Shown: positions 27,447 through 37,662, numbered from the stretch's first letter. The stretch: 64,000 nt of DNA from Patescibacteria group bacterium (GCA_023380635.1 JAMCRP010000002.1:108093-172092), one strand, 5' to 3'. Notes: generated from the letters alone by a model not told the origin. Program-made: numbers and translations.

Positions 27447-28652
27447 ATGGATAAGCAAATTGTTGATTTAATTGCCGCTGAAAAAAAACGCCAGGAAGAA
27501 GTGCTGGAGATGATCCCGTCGGAAAATTACGAATCGCAAGCGGTGTTGGAAGCCACAGGTTCGATACTGGCCAACAAATATTCCGAGGGTTATCCTGGCA
27601 AAAGATATTATCAGGGAAATAGAATCATTGATCAGATAGAGATCCTGGCTATTGAAAGATTCAAAAAATTATTCGGAGTACATTATGTTAATGTTCAGCC
27701 GTACTCCGGCAGCCCGGCTAACGCCGCGGTATATTTTGCTCTTTTAGACCCCGGCGACAAAATCATGGGTCTGGCGCTGTCTTCGGGAGGTCATCTTACC
27801 CACGGTCATCCGAACATCACTTTTTCCGGGAAATTTTATACTTCAGTCCAATATGCTGTCGAAGAAAACGGGTACATCAACTACGACAAATTAGAAAAAC
27901 TGGCAGAAGCCGAAAAGCCAAAGATAATAGTCTGCGGGACAACTTCTTATCCGCGGACTTTGGATTTCAAAAGGTTTTCGGAAATTGCCAAAAAGGTTAA
28001 CGCTTACCTTCTGGCCGACATTTCCCATATCGCCGGGCTGGTTGTTGCGGGAGTGCACCCGTCTCCGGTCGGATACGCCGACATTATTATGACCACTACT
28101 CACAAAACTTTGCGCGGGCCAAGAGGGGCGGTTTTAATGGCTGATAGTGAAGAGATTGCCAAGAAAATTGATAAAGCTGTTTTTCCCGGTCTTCAGGGCG
28201 GCCCGCATGAAAATGTTATCGCGGCGATGGCTGTGGCCGCAAAGGAAGCGGACACCGCAGAATTTAAAAAATACGGCGAACAGGTTGTTGCCAATGCCAA
28301 AGTTTTGGCCCAAACACTACTAGATAACGGTATTGATTTGGTTTCCGGAGGAACAGACAACCATTTAATGGTAATAGATTTGCGCCAGTTAAATAAGACC
28401 GGTAAAGAGATAGCTGAGCAACTTGAAGAAGCAGGAATCGTGACCAACAAAAATGCCGTTCCGGGCGACCCTTTGCCACCGGCCATTACTTCCGGAATAA
28501 GACTGGGGACACCCGCGATTACTACCCGGGGGATGAAAGGGCCGGAAGTGAAGCTGATTGGCGGTTGGATTTCCGGTATAATCACCGGAAAGTTAACTAC
28601 AGAAGGTGTGGCAAAGGGGGTTAAATCTCTTTGCCAAAATTTTCCTCTATGA
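27447..28652 (+). CDS. glyA: Serine hydroxymethyltransferase
   Basis: LANKYSEGYPGKRYYQG, TTTHKTLRGPRGA (the PLP-lysine motif), GGPH. Confidence 0.9.
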   Translation: MDKQIVDLIAAEKKRQEEVLEMIPSENYESQAVLEATGSILANKYSEGYPGKRYYQGNRIIDQIEILAIERFKKLFGVHYVNVQPYSGSPANAAVYFALLDPGDKIMGLALSSGGHLTHGHPNITFSGKFYTSVQYAVEENGYINYDKLEKLAEAEKPKIIVCGTTSYPRTLDFKRFSEIAKKVNAYLLADISHIAGLVVAGVHPSPVGYADIIMTTTHKTLRGPRGAVLMADSEEIAKKIDKAVFPGLQGGPHENVIAAMAVAAKEADTAEFKKYGEQVVANAKVLAQTLLDNGIDLVSGGTDNHLMVIDLRQLNKTGKEIAEQLEEAGIVTNKNAVPGDPLPPAITSGIRLGTPAITTRGMKGPEVKLIGGWISGIITGKLTTEGVAKGVKSLCQNFPL

Positions 28653-28794
28653 AGAAAGAATTAAAAATAGAGCCGGGACTGAATAGTCGATTGGTTATCT
28701 CGGACATGAGATACGAAGAAGAGCTAGTATCAAAAGTACTTGTGGCGCGTAAAAGAAGAGAAGAACGGCAAAAGAAGCGTTCTGAGAAAACTTC

Positions 28795-29532
28795 ATGATT
28801 ATTGACGGAAAAGCTATCGCTGCCCAAAGGGCAGAAATTCTAAGAAACAAGATACAAGTTTTAAGCAAAGCTCCAAAGCTGGCGATTGTTTTGGTCGGCG
28901 ACGACCCGGCCAGTAAAACTTACGCCAATCTCAAACTAAAAAAAGCTCGGGAGCTGGGTATTGATGCGGAAATACGCAAAGACTTAAATACCGACGCTGA
29001 CGGAATTATTGTCCAATTGCCGGGAGGAGAAAATCTGATAAAAGATATTCCCCCGGAAAAAGATGTGGACGGATTAACGGGAAAATCAAAATTTCTGCCG
29101 GCAACAGTGAAAGGCATTGTCACATTGTTAAATGGCTACATTGCAAAGAATTTTAACAGTGTAGCAATTCAACAATGCAACAATGTTACTGTGGTCGTGG
29201 TTGGTCAAGGTCGACTGGTGGGCAAACCCTTGGCGGATTATTTGGAAAAACGAAACTACAAGGTAATCCGCGGCGACATTAATACTCCCGACCTGAAAAG
29301 CGAAACTCTAAAGGGAGATATTCTGGTCGTGGCGACGGGAGTACCGAATCTAATTAAGGCGGATATGGTTAAACCCAGGGCGGTGGTCATTGATTGTGGT
29401 TCGCCAAAAGCCGAGGTAGATTTTGAAAAAGTAAAAGATGTCGCGGGCGCCATCACTCCGGTTCCCGGTGGCGTCGGCCCGCTGACGGTGATATCCTTGT
29501 TGGAGAATGTCGTGGAGGCCGCAGGTTCCTAA
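28795..29532 (+). CDS. folD: Bifunctional methylenetetrahydrofolate dehydrogenase/cyclohydrolase (short form)
   Basis: MIIDGKAIA...LAIVLVGDDPASKTY N-terminus and VVVVGQGRLVGKPLA Rossmann motif. Confidence 0.8.
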   Translation: MIIDGKAIAAQRAEILRNKIQVLSKAPKLAIVLVGDDPASKTYANLKLKKARELGIDAEIRKDLNTDADGIIVQLPGGENLIKDIPPEKDVDGLTGKSKFLPATVKGIVTLLNGYIAKNFNSVAIQQCNNVTVVVVGQGRLVGKPLADYLEKRNYKVIRGDINTPDLKSETLKGDILVVATGVPNLIKADMVKPRAVVIDCGSPKAEVDFEKVKDVAGAITPVPGGVGPLTVISLLENVVEAAGS

Positions 29533-31081
29533 GCCCATTTGGATAATCCTCATCATCGGAACGATTTTATATTTTCCGACGCTTTTCAATGGTTTTGTCT
29601 GGGATGATGAAGAGCAGATTTTGAATAATCCGCAGATATTATCGCTGGCAAACATTCCCCAATTTTTTCTAGGCAGCACTTTTAACAGCGGGGGGAGCGC
29701 CAATGGCCTAACTGGTCTGTACTACAAACCGCTGATGACCACAGCCTTTGCCCTTCTCGGTTCCACCGTTGGGCCGGTGCCGTTTTATTACCACGCTTTG
29801 CAGATGGCGTTGCATCTGGCCAATACGGTCTTGATTTACTTAATCCTCAAATATCTTTTTGAGAAATTCAAACTGGATACCCGCCTGTCCTTGGCAGCGG
29901 CGCTATTATTTCTAGTCCATCCGATTAACGCCGAAGCGGTGGTTTATGTGTCCGATTATCAGGAAGTCCTGTTTTTCCTCTTTGCCGCTTTAGCTTTCTG
30001 GCTAATTCTCCGGGGGAAAAATGTTTTCTATTCGAGTCTACTTATTTTGCCGTCGCTTTTGTCCAAAGAAACCGGAGCCGTCTTCGCCATGATTATTTTT
30101 GTTTATCTTTTCCTTTTTGACCGGAAAAAGGTCAGAGATTATGTCCAGGGTATCGCCGTGGTTTTGGGAGTCTATGCTTTTTTGCGGTTTGCTTTGGCCG
30201 GGATCGGATTCAATAAACACGGTCTGACACCGATAAGTACCATGAATTTTACGGAGAGGATGGTTAATGTGCCGCAGATTATTTTTACTTACCTGCGTAA
30301 TTTTTTCTGGCCAGCGAACTTGGCCATTAATCAGCAGTGGGTGGTCAGAAGCATTGACCCATTCATTCTTATAATTGACTTAAGTTTCTTAGGCCTCTTA
30401 AGCATTTTAAGTTTCTTAATATTTAAAAAAGCACGATCAATCCTGCCACTTTGGTTTTTCTTCTTAATTTGGTTTTTGTTGGGTTTGGGTTTTCATCTGC
30501 AATTCTTTCCGTTGGATCTGACAATTTCGGACAGGTGGTTTTATTTGCCGATTGTCGGGCTTTTGGGAATGCTGGCGGTTTTCGGGTCGCTTAGAAAATG
30601 GGGAATGTGGGGAGTTTGGGGGCTATGGATCGTGGTATTAGTTTTGGCCGGCAGGACCTGGGTGCGGGAGTTTGACTGGCGTGATGGGCTGACACTTTAC
30701 AGTCACGACATTAATTTATCGCCGAACGCTTTTGATTTGGAAAATAATCTGGGAGTGGAACTTTTCCGGGCGGGTCGGATTGAAGAAGCCAAGCCGCATT
30801 TTGAAAAATCGGTGGAGCTGTCACCGAAATGGTGGACCAACTGGAATAACCTGGGGGCTGTATATGAACAGGAGGGAAACCTGGATTTGGCGGCGCAGGA
30901 CTACCGCAAGTCAATTGATAACGGGCAATATTACTTAGCTTACCAAAACTATGCCGGAATTTTGATTAAAGAAAAAAAGTACACTGAAGCGAAGGAGTTT
31001 CTGGAAAAAGAGGCATTGCCCCGGCTGCCAAATAATGCCCGCTTGCAGGAATTGTGGCTGGCGGTATATAATATGAAGTAA
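29507..31081 (+). CDS. Polytopic membrane protein, GT39/PMT-like glycosyltransferase fold with C-terminal TPR repeats
   Basis: FVWDDEEQI motif in the first periplasmic loop (the DE motif typical of the PMT/ArnT-like GT-C family), about 11 TM helices, then TPR repeats (NWNNLGAVYEQEGNLDLAAQDYRKSI). Confidence 0.55.
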   Translation: MSWRPQVPKPIWIILIIGTILYFPTLFNGFVWDDEEQILNNPQILSLANIPQFFLGSTFNSGGSANGLTGLYYKPLMTTAFALLGSTVGPVPFYYHALQMALHLANTVLIYLILKYLFEKFKLDTRLSLAAALLFLVHPINAEAVVYVSDYQEVLFFLFAALAFWLILRGKNVFYSSLLILPSLLSKETGAVFAMIIFVYLFLFDRKKVRDYVQGIAVVLGVYAFLRFALAGIGFNKHGLTPISTMNFTERMVNVPQIIFTYLRNFFWPANLAINQQWVVRSIDPFILIIDLSFLGLLSILSFLIFKKARSILPLWFFFLIWFLLGLGFHLQFFPLDLTISDRWFYLPIVGLLGMLAVFGSLRKWGMWGVWGLWIVVLVLAGRTWVREFDWRDGLTLYSHDINLSPNAFDLENNLGVELFRAGRIEEAKPHFEKSVELSPKWWTNWNNLGAVYEQEGNLDLAAQDYRKSIDNGQYYLAYQNYAGILIKEKKYTEAKEFLEKEALPRLPNNARLQELWLAVYNMK

Positions 31082-31142
31082 TACGCACGTTTCGGCGGGT
31101 CCCTGAATCTACGCCGAACGGAGGACTAAGGGACAATTTCAA

Positions 31143-31922
31143 ATGACGGACATCACTCTAAAACAATTATTAGAGGCCGGGTGCCATTTTGGGCATCAGA
31201 CCAACCGTTGGCAGCCGAAAGCGGCTAGGTTTATTTATGGAGAGCGCGAAGGCGTTCATATTATTGACCTGACGAAAACCCGTGAAGGTCTGCTCTCTGC
31301 TGCCAAGTACCTTCATGACCTGGCCAAAAGCGGCGGCACGATTCTTTTTGTCGGCACCAAACGCCAGGCCCAGCCGGTCTTAACCGAAAATGTTGCCCGG
31401 ATGAAAGGAGCTCTGCCTGAAAATAGTAACTTTTACTATCTCACTAACCGCTGGCCGGGCGGAGCCCTGACCAATTTTGAAACTATTAAACACAATAATC
31501 TTGATTCGATCCTCAAACTTCGAGAAGACATTGCCAACAGCAACTTTGTCACTAAAAAAGAAAAACTTCTGGCCTCCCGGAAACTGGAAAAATACGAACA
31601 GCTTTATGGCGGACTGGTTGGTCTTTCTAAAATTCCGGACGCGATTTTCCTGGTGGATATTAAACGGGATGACCTGGCGGTTCGGGAAGCAACGCGAACC
31701 GGAGCGACTATCGTTGCTATTACCGACACCAACACCAATCCGGAACCGGTGAAATACCAGATTCCGGCTAACGATGATGCCGTCGGAAGTATTAAAATAA
31801 TTATGGATTACCTTGTTGATGCTTGGACTGAGGGCCGGCAGGAAGCGGTCAAGGATGCCGAAAAACAGGCCAAAGAGGAAGCCAAAAAGAAAGCAAAAGA
31901 AGAAAACGGCGAAAAGAAATAA
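31143..31922 (+). CDS. rpsB: 30S ribosomal protein S2
   Basis: LLEAGCHFGHQTNRWQPK and the flavodoxin-like S2 core. Confidence 0.9.
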   Translation: MTDITLKQLLEAGCHFGHQTNRWQPKAARFIYGEREGVHIIDLTKTREGLLSAAKYLHDLAKSGGTILFVGTKRQAQPVLTENVARMKGALPENSNFYYLTNRWPGGALTNFETIKHNNLDSILKLREDIANSNFVTKKEKLLASRKLEKYEQLYGGLVGLSKIPDAIFLVDIKRDDLAVREATRTGATIVAITDTNTNPEPVKYQIPANDDAVGSIKIIMDYLVDAWTEGRQEAVKDAEKQAKEEAKKKAKEENGEKK

Positions 31923-31963
31923 GCAATTTCCAAGAAACAAGATACAAACCAATAACTAATTTC

Positions 31964-32410
31964 ATGGTATCAGTAGATCAAATCAAAAAACTTCGTGAGC
32001 TTACGGGGGCCGGCATTGCTGATTGCCGGGAAGCTCTGGAAGCCTCCAAGGGAAATATTGAAAAAGCCCAGGAGATAATTAAGGAAAAAGGTTTAGCCCG
32101 CGCGGCCAAAAAAGGCGAACGGGAAACCCATAACGGCGTCGTCTTTTCCTATGTTCATGGCGGTCGAATTGGGGTATTAGTCAGCCTTTTGTGCGAGACT
32201 GATTTTGTCGCCAGAACAGATGACTTTCAAACTCTTGGCAAGGAAATTTGCCTTCAGGTAGCCTCCATGAAACCGGAAACGGTAGAAGATCTCTTAAAAC
32301 AGGAATCCATCCGCGATCCCAAATTGACGATTGATGATATGATTAAGGAAGTAATCGGGAAGTTGGGAGAAAATATAAAGGTGGGAGAATTTTCTAGAAT
32401 AACAATTTAA
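31964..32410 (+). CDS. tsf: Elongation factor Ts (short form)
   Basis: IKKLRELTGAGIADCREALE UBA-like N-terminus and the position after rpsB. Confidence 0.85.
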   Translation: MVSVDQIKKLRELTGAGIADCREALEASKGNIEKAQEIIKEKGLARAAKKGERETHNGVVFSYVHGGRIGVLVSLLCETDFVARTDDFQTLGKEICLQVASMKPETVEDLLKQESIRDPKLTIDDMIKEVIGKLGENIKVGEFSRITI

Positions 32411-32503
32411 AATTTACAATTTAAAATTTGAACTGAATTTGAAAATTTAAATTTGAAATATTTAAAATTGATTTCAAATTTCGAATTTCAAATTGAAAAT
32501 TGA
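32408..32503. repeat. AT-rich intergenic array of AAATTTG / CAAATTT heptamer variants with inverted symmetry, filling the tsf-frr gap
   Basis: aaaatttacaatttaaaatttgaactgaatttgaaaatttaaatttgaaatatttaaaattgatttcaaatttcgaatttcaaattgaaaattgag. It uses the same heptamer family found inside murF, PBP2 and topA. Confidence 0.85.
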
Positions 32504-33046
32504 GTGGACGATATAACCGCGCAAGTTACTCCGAAATTTCAAAAGGCTATTGAGGTGGTTAAGCAGGATTTAAATACGATCCGCACCGGCAAAGCCTCAC
32601 CGCAATTAATCGAGAATTTAATCGTTGAAGCTTACGGGACCAAGATGAAACTGGTGGAATTGGCTACCATTGCGGCTACTGACGCGAATACTATTGTCAT
32701 CACACCCTTCGACCAGGCTAATGTGGAAGCGATCATTAAAGCTATTTCTGCGGCTAATCTTGGATTGACGGCTATTCCTGAAGATACCCGGGTCAGAGTT
32801 GTAGTGCCTCCATTGTCTGAAGAGCGCCGTCAGGAATATGTTAAGCTGGTTAAAACCAAAATTGAAGGCGGAAAGATTATGATTCGGCAGATCCGCCACG
32901 ATGCCATGGAAGATGTTTCTAAAGCCGAAGCCAATGAAGATGAAAAGGAACGCATGGAAAAAGAAGTCCAGGCGCTGACGGATAAAATGGTTGCCGAACT
33001 AGACACTCTGGCGCAAGCGAAAGAAAAAGAGTTAATGAGCCTCTAA
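32504..33046 (+). CDS. frr: Ribosome recycling factor
   Basis: VEAYGTKMKLVELATIAATDANTIVITPFD and the C-terminal coiled coil typical of RRF. Confidence 0.85.
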   Translation: MDDITAQVTPKFQKAIEVVKQDLNTIRTGKASPQLIENLIVEAYGTKMKLVELATIAATDANTIVITPFDQANVEAIIKAISAANLGLTAIPEDTRVRVVVPPLSEERRQEYVKLVKTKIEGGKIMIRQIRHDAMEDVSKAEANEDEKERMEKEVQALTDKMVAELDTLAQAKEKELMSL

Positions 33047-34188
33047 TGATTTTAACGATTATTGTTTTTCTGGTTATTCTCTCTATTCTGGTTCTCGTTC
33101 ATGAAACGGGCCATTTTCTAGTGGGGAAATGGGCCGGAGTAGGGGTGGAGGAGTTTGCTTTGGGGTTGCCTTTTACGAAGCCTATACTGAGTAAAAAGTT
33201 GAAAGACGGGATGAAAATTTCGTTATACCCGTTGCTGTTTGGCGGTTTCGTCAAACTACTCGGTGAAGAAAATGAAAAAGAGCGCGTTTCCGGGATTAAG
33301 GGAAAATATTTTTATCAAATTAATGTCTGGCCGCGAATTGCCGTGGTCTTGGCCGGAGTAACCATGAATGTATTTTTGGCCCTGGCGGCCTTTTATTTTT
33401 TCCTGGTCCTATCCGGATTCAAAGTCTTAATTCCAAAACTCGCAGACTATAATTTCCGCAGCCCGAATCAGACGCTGGTAGTGGCCACTTTTGTGGCCAG
33501 CGGCAGTCCGGCAGATAAAGCGGGACTGCTGCCCAGCGATGTCCTGCTTTCGGCTGACGGGCAAAACTTCACGAAAATACCGGAGTTTCAATCCTATATT
33601 AAAGCCCATGCCGGATCAGAGGTAAAACTAAATGTTACAGATAGCACGTTGTCTACCAATAAAACCGTCACTGTTGTTCCCCGGGTAAACCCGCCGGCCG
33701 GGCAGGGGGCGCTGGGAATCGGTATTGGTGAAGCGGTCGAACTTAACTATGCCACGCCCCAACAGAAAGTCTTGTCCGGCTTAAGCTATGCCGTGGACAT
33801 GTTTGTTTATAACTTCAAAGTGATCGGCAGTTTGGCTACGGCCGCTTTCAAAACCAAAAATGTCGAGCCGCTCGCGGAATCGGTTTCCGGGCCTGTAGGG
33901 ATTGCTTCGGCAGTGGGAAGTATTTTGGACCTTGGTGGCAGTACCGCGGTAGTGCAATTAGTAAATCTGCTGGGATTATTGTCGCTCTCTCTGGCTTTCA
34001 TGAATGTTTTGCCGTTTCCAGCCCTCGATGGCGGCCGGTTCGCTTTTCTGTTCGTGGAAGCGGTCAGCGGTAAAAAACTCCCCGCGAAATATGAGAATCT
34101 GATCAATCAAATTGGCATGGGAATCCTGTTTATTTTTATTATCCTCGTCTCTTTCAGCGATATCTCCAAACTCTTCCTTTCCCGCTAG
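33046..34188 (+). CDS. rseP: RIP metalloprotease RseP-like (M50 with PDZ)
   Basis: HETGHFLVGK (HExxH) in TM1, a central PDZ-like region, and the C-terminal LDGG motif (FPALDGGRF). Confidence 0.8.
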   Translation: MILTIIVFLVILSILVLVHETGHFLVGKWAGVGVEEFALGLPFTKPILSKKLKDGMKISLYPLLFGGFVKLLGEENEKERVSGIKGKYFYQINVWPRIAVVLAGVTMNVFLALAAFYFFLVLSGFKVLIPKLADYNFRSPNQTLVVATFVASGSPADKAGLLPSDVLLSADGQNFTKIPEFQSYIKAHAGSEVKLNVTDSTLSTNKTVTVVPRVNPPAGQGALGIGIGEAVELNYATPQQKVLSGLSYAVDMFVYNFKVIGSLATAAFKTKNVEPLAESVSGPVGIASAVGSILDLGGSTAVVQLVNLLGLLSLSLAFMNVLPFPALDGGRFAFLFVEAVSGKKLPAKYENLINQIGMGILFIFIILVSFSDISKLFLSR

Positions 34189-34209
34189 CTTCCTGTTAAA
34201 CTTATAGAG

Positions 34210-35391
34210 ATGCGGCAAAGTCAATTGTTTCCAAAAACCATAAAACAAGCGCCGGCAGGGGCGGTGGCGGAAAATCACAAACTACTTGTTAGAGCGGGTT
34301 TTATTGATCAACTCATGGCCGGGTCGTGGACTCTTTTACCTCTAGGTTGGAGAGTAGTTAACAAAATTAACAACATTATCCGTGAAGAAATGAACGCCAC
34401 CGGGGCGCAGGAAGTCCTCATGCCTCTCATGCATCCAAAGGAAATCTGGGAAGAAACGGGGCGGTGGAACAGTGCTTCGGAAATAATGTATAAACTCAAA
34501 GATGTCCGGGAAAAAGATCTGGCGCTGGCTTTTACCCATGAAGAAATTGTTTTGGACCTAGTCCGTAAACATTTGGATTCGTATACCGACTTGCCGATTA
34601 AAATCTACCACTTCTCAACGAAATTCCGCAATGAACCCCGGGCCACCGGCGGAATTTTGCGCGGCCGGGAATTTATGATGAAAGATCTTTACAGTTTGCA
34701 TGCCAGCGAAGAAGACTTCTGGAAATATTACGAAGAGGTCAAAGAAGCTTATCTCAAAATTTTTTCCCGGCTGGGATTAAACGCCATTGTGACTGAAGCT
34801 TCCGGCGGAGTTTTCACCGACAGACACACTCACGAATTTCAGGTGGAAGCGGTTTCCGGCGAAGACACAGTTTATGTGGACAAATCCGGCAAAGGCGTTA
34901 ATAAGGAAATTTTTGATGGGGTGGAAGCGGAATACAAAAAAATCACCGCTATTGAGGTAGGCAATATTTTTGCTTTTGGGACCTATTACAGCGAGAAGAT
35001 GGGCGTGTATTTTACGGACAAGAACGGTCAAAAGCGACCGGTGTGGTTTGGTTCGTACGGCATCGGGCCAACCCGGGTGATGGGGACGATTGTCGAGATT
35101 TTCCATGACGACAAAGGCATTGTCTGGCCGGAAAGCGTTGCGCCCTACAAGTATCACCTGATTGGCCTCAATGGTAAAGGTGAGGATATATACAAAAAAC
35201 TTCTTGACGCCGGAGCGGAAGTACTGTTTGATGACCGGGATGTTTCTGCCGGAGAAAAGTTTGCCGACGCGGACTTAATCGGGATCCCATACCGGCTGGT
35301 CGTTTCGGATAAAACCGGAGATAAAATTGAGGTTAAGAACAGAAAAACCGGAGAGATCGAATTGCTAAAATTTGATGATCTTATAAAATGA
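34210..35391 (+). CDS. proS: Proline--tRNA ligase (compact, lacks editing insertion)
   Basis: MRQSQLFPKTIKQAPAGAVAENHKLLVRAGFIDQ bacterial-type ProRS N-terminus and class II motifs (FRNEPRATGGILRGREF). At 393 aa it is shorter than typical. Confidence 0.8.
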   Translation: MRQSQLFPKTIKQAPAGAVAENHKLLVRAGFIDQLMAGSWTLLPLGWRVVNKINNIIREEMNATGAQEVLMPLMHPKEIWEETGRWNSASEIMYKLKDVREKDLALAFTHEEIVLDLVRKHLDSYTDLPIKIYHFSTKFRNEPRATGGILRGREFMMKDLYSLHASEEDFWKYYEEVKEAYLKIFSRLGLNAIVTEASGGVFTDRHTHEFQVEAVSGEDTVYVDKSGKGVNKEIFDGVEAEYKKITAIEVGNIFAFGTYYSEKMGVYFTDKNGQKRPVWFGSYGIGPTRVMGTIVEIFHDDKGIVWPESVAPYKYHLIGLNGKGEDIYKKLLDAGAEVLFDDRDVSAGEKFADADLIGIPYRLVVSDKTGDKIEVKNRKTGEIELLKFDDLIK

Positions 35392-36040
35392 TCAACAGTT
35401 CTGAGTATTGGGAAGGTCATTGTTCTCGCTCACTAGGACATACAATTTCTAGTGATAATCCTCAGAGAGTAGCTGCGTGGATAGTTAATCACACGCTCAG
35501 TAGTCGGGGTAATGATCTTCTTGGACGGTCGTTTACCGCCTGTAATAATTTTGAAATCCGGGGTAGCAATTCTGCAGATGTTCAGGTAGCCCGGGTTAAT
35601 TTTGATATATTTTTTAATAAAAATATTGGTGTTTTAGAAGGCATTGCCGGTCTTGATGGACAACTTCGGGAAGGAATCTTTCCCTGGCACTTTCTGGAAT
35701 TATTCTTAGGAGAATTGGAAAAAAAGCGAGTTAGAATAGACAGTTTTATTTAATTTGATCTATTTATTTCTGCTTTATCTCGCTTGATTTTCGGATAAGG
35801 TTTGGTAACCTGATTGGGTGATCCAGAAAATTGACCTGCCGGTTTCCGTTGCCTTTACCGATTCTCCAAAAAAACTTCTTTTTGAAGGCAGAGAACACTT
35901 AATTAAGAAAGTAGGCTATCACCATGTCTTTCGTGAAGGCCGAACCTTGTTCCATGTTTTTTCCGTGGCTTCGGACTCAATGTTTTTCCGGCTGGTTTTA
36001 AACACAGAAACGCTAAAGTGGCGCCTGACGGAGGTGGCAG

Positions 36041-37285
36041 ATGGAGAGGTTATTTAATCCTAAACCCGGGACTATTTTACATTTGGATCTGAATTCCTGC
36101 TTTGCTTCGATCGAACAGCAGGCCAATCCGTTTTTAAGGGGGAAACCGATCGTCGTCGCCGCGTATGATTCCCCCGGCGGTTGTATTGTCGCTCCTTCGC
36201 GCGAGGCTAAAATTTTGGGAATAAAAGTCGGCATGCGGGTTAAAGAGGCCCGGCTCATATATCCGAAGTTAATAGTTAAAACTCCGGACCCGAATAAGTA
36301 CCGGGCCGTTCATCTGCAGCTAAAAACTTTATTGTCAGAGTACACTGACGATTTTTCTCCGAAGTCCATTGACGAATTTGTTTTAAATCTGGAAGGGGCT
36401 CCGGTGACGCGAACGAAAAATGTTACCGAAGTAGCTTTGGAAATAAAACGGCGGATAAAAGCGGAAATCGGGGACTTCCTGACGGTTTCGATGGGGATAG
36501 CCCCGAACCGGTATTTGGCCAAGGTAGCTGCCGGGTTGCATAAACCCGACGGATTGGATGAAATTAATGAGACAAGCTACCGAGAAATATATTCGAAACT
36601 GGCGCTTATGGATTTGACCGGAATTAAGAAAAATAACGCTGTCAGGTTAAACAGTGGCGGCATTTTTACTGTGATGGATTTTTATAACGCTGATATGATT
36701 AAACTAAAAAACATCTTCGGGGGAATCTTTGGCTGGTATTGGCATTTAAGATTGCATGGCTTTGAAATCGACGATGTGGTTTTCGGGCGCCGGTCATACG
36801 GGAACAGTTTCTCGTTGCCAAAACCATACTCCACGCCGGAAGAGTTGGTACCTATTTTGGTAAAGCTTGTAGAAAAGACCGGCTTTCGGATGCGCCGGGC
36901 GGGATACTTTGCCCGCGGAGTACATGTATCGTTACTTTACCGCGACTGGTCCTATTGGCACCACGGCGAGAAAACGCAGGAATTACTTTTTGACGGCCGG
37001 GATATTTATCGCCACGCGTTCGGTATTTTGCTGCACTGTCCGTACCGTAAACCAGTCCATACTTTAGCCGTGTCTTGTTTTAATCTGGAGAATAGCGGCA
37101 ACCGGCAGTTGTCACTCCTCCAAGATTTAGATAAAAAAGAAAAAGTGGTCGAAGCGATGGATGAGATTAACGAAAAATGGGGTAACTTTGTGATTACACC
37201 GGCCATGATGCTGGGCACCAAAAGTTTAGTTCCTGACCGGATTGCTTTTGGGGGAATCAAAGAACTGGAAGAACTTTACGCTTAA
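36041..37285 (+). CDS. dinB: Y-family DNA polymerase (Pol IV-like)
   Basis: ILHLDLNSCFASIEQQANPFLRGKPIVVAA, the N-terminal catalytic motif of the UmuC/DinB family. Confidence 0.85.
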   Translation: MERLFNPKPGTILHLDLNSCFASIEQQANPFLRGKPIVVAAYDSPGGCIVAPSREAKILGIKVGMRVKEARLIYPKLIVKTPDPNKYRAVHLQLKTLLSEYTDDFSPKSIDEFVLNLEGAPVTRTKNVTEVALEIKRRIKAEIGDFLTVSMGIAPNRYLAKVAAGLHKPDGLDEINETSYREIYSKLALMDLTGIKKNNAVRLNSGGIFTVMDFYNADMIKLKNIFGGIFGWYWHLRLHGFEIDDVVFGRRSYGNSFSLPKPYSTPEELVPILVKLVEKTGFRMRRAGYFARGVHVSLLYRDWSYWHHGEKTQELLFDGRDIYRHAFGILLHCPYRKPVHTLAVSCFNLENSGNRQLSLLQDLDKKEKVVEAMDEINEKWGNFVITPAMMLGTKSLVPDRIAFGGIKELEELYA

Positions 37286-37293
37286 GACCTCTC

Positions 37294-37662
37294 TTGCCCC
37301 CATTTATTAAAAGATTTACAATATCGCCAAGGCCTATGGGGACTTGTGTTTTCTGTCGGATAATTAAAGGGGAAATACCAATGAACTTTGTTTATCAGGA
37401 CGAGGAAATCGCAATTTTCCCGGATAAAAACCCAGCCGCGCCGGTCCATTTGCTTTTTATCCCAAAAAAGCATATTTCAGATTTGACCGAAGCGCCGGAC
37501 GAGATGGTCTTAAAAATTCAGAATAAAATCTTAGAAAAAATAAGAGAATTAGGATTGGTGGAAAAAGGATACAGAATTGTAATCAACGGCGGAACGGCTA
37601 AAGCAATTCCGCACTTACACTTTCATCTGTTAGGACAGGTGGGAGTCGAAAGAAAAGTTTAA
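37294..37662 (+). CDS. HIT-family (histidine triad) hydrolase
   Basis: CVFCRII...NPAAPVHLLFIPKKHI and HLHFHLLG (HxHxHxx). Confidence 0.8.
   Translation: MPPFIKRFTISPRPMGTCVFCRIIKGEIPMNFVYQDEEIAIFPDKNPAAPVHLLFIPKKHISDLTEAPDEMVLKIQNKILEKIRELGLVEKGYRIVINGGTAKAIPHLHFHLLGQVGVERKV

Noticed and set aside
1168-32503. Heptamer arrays considered as CRISPR arrays
   Set aside because: The units are 7-9 nt, with perfect tandem repeats, no spacers and no cas genes; they are microsatellites, not CRISPR.
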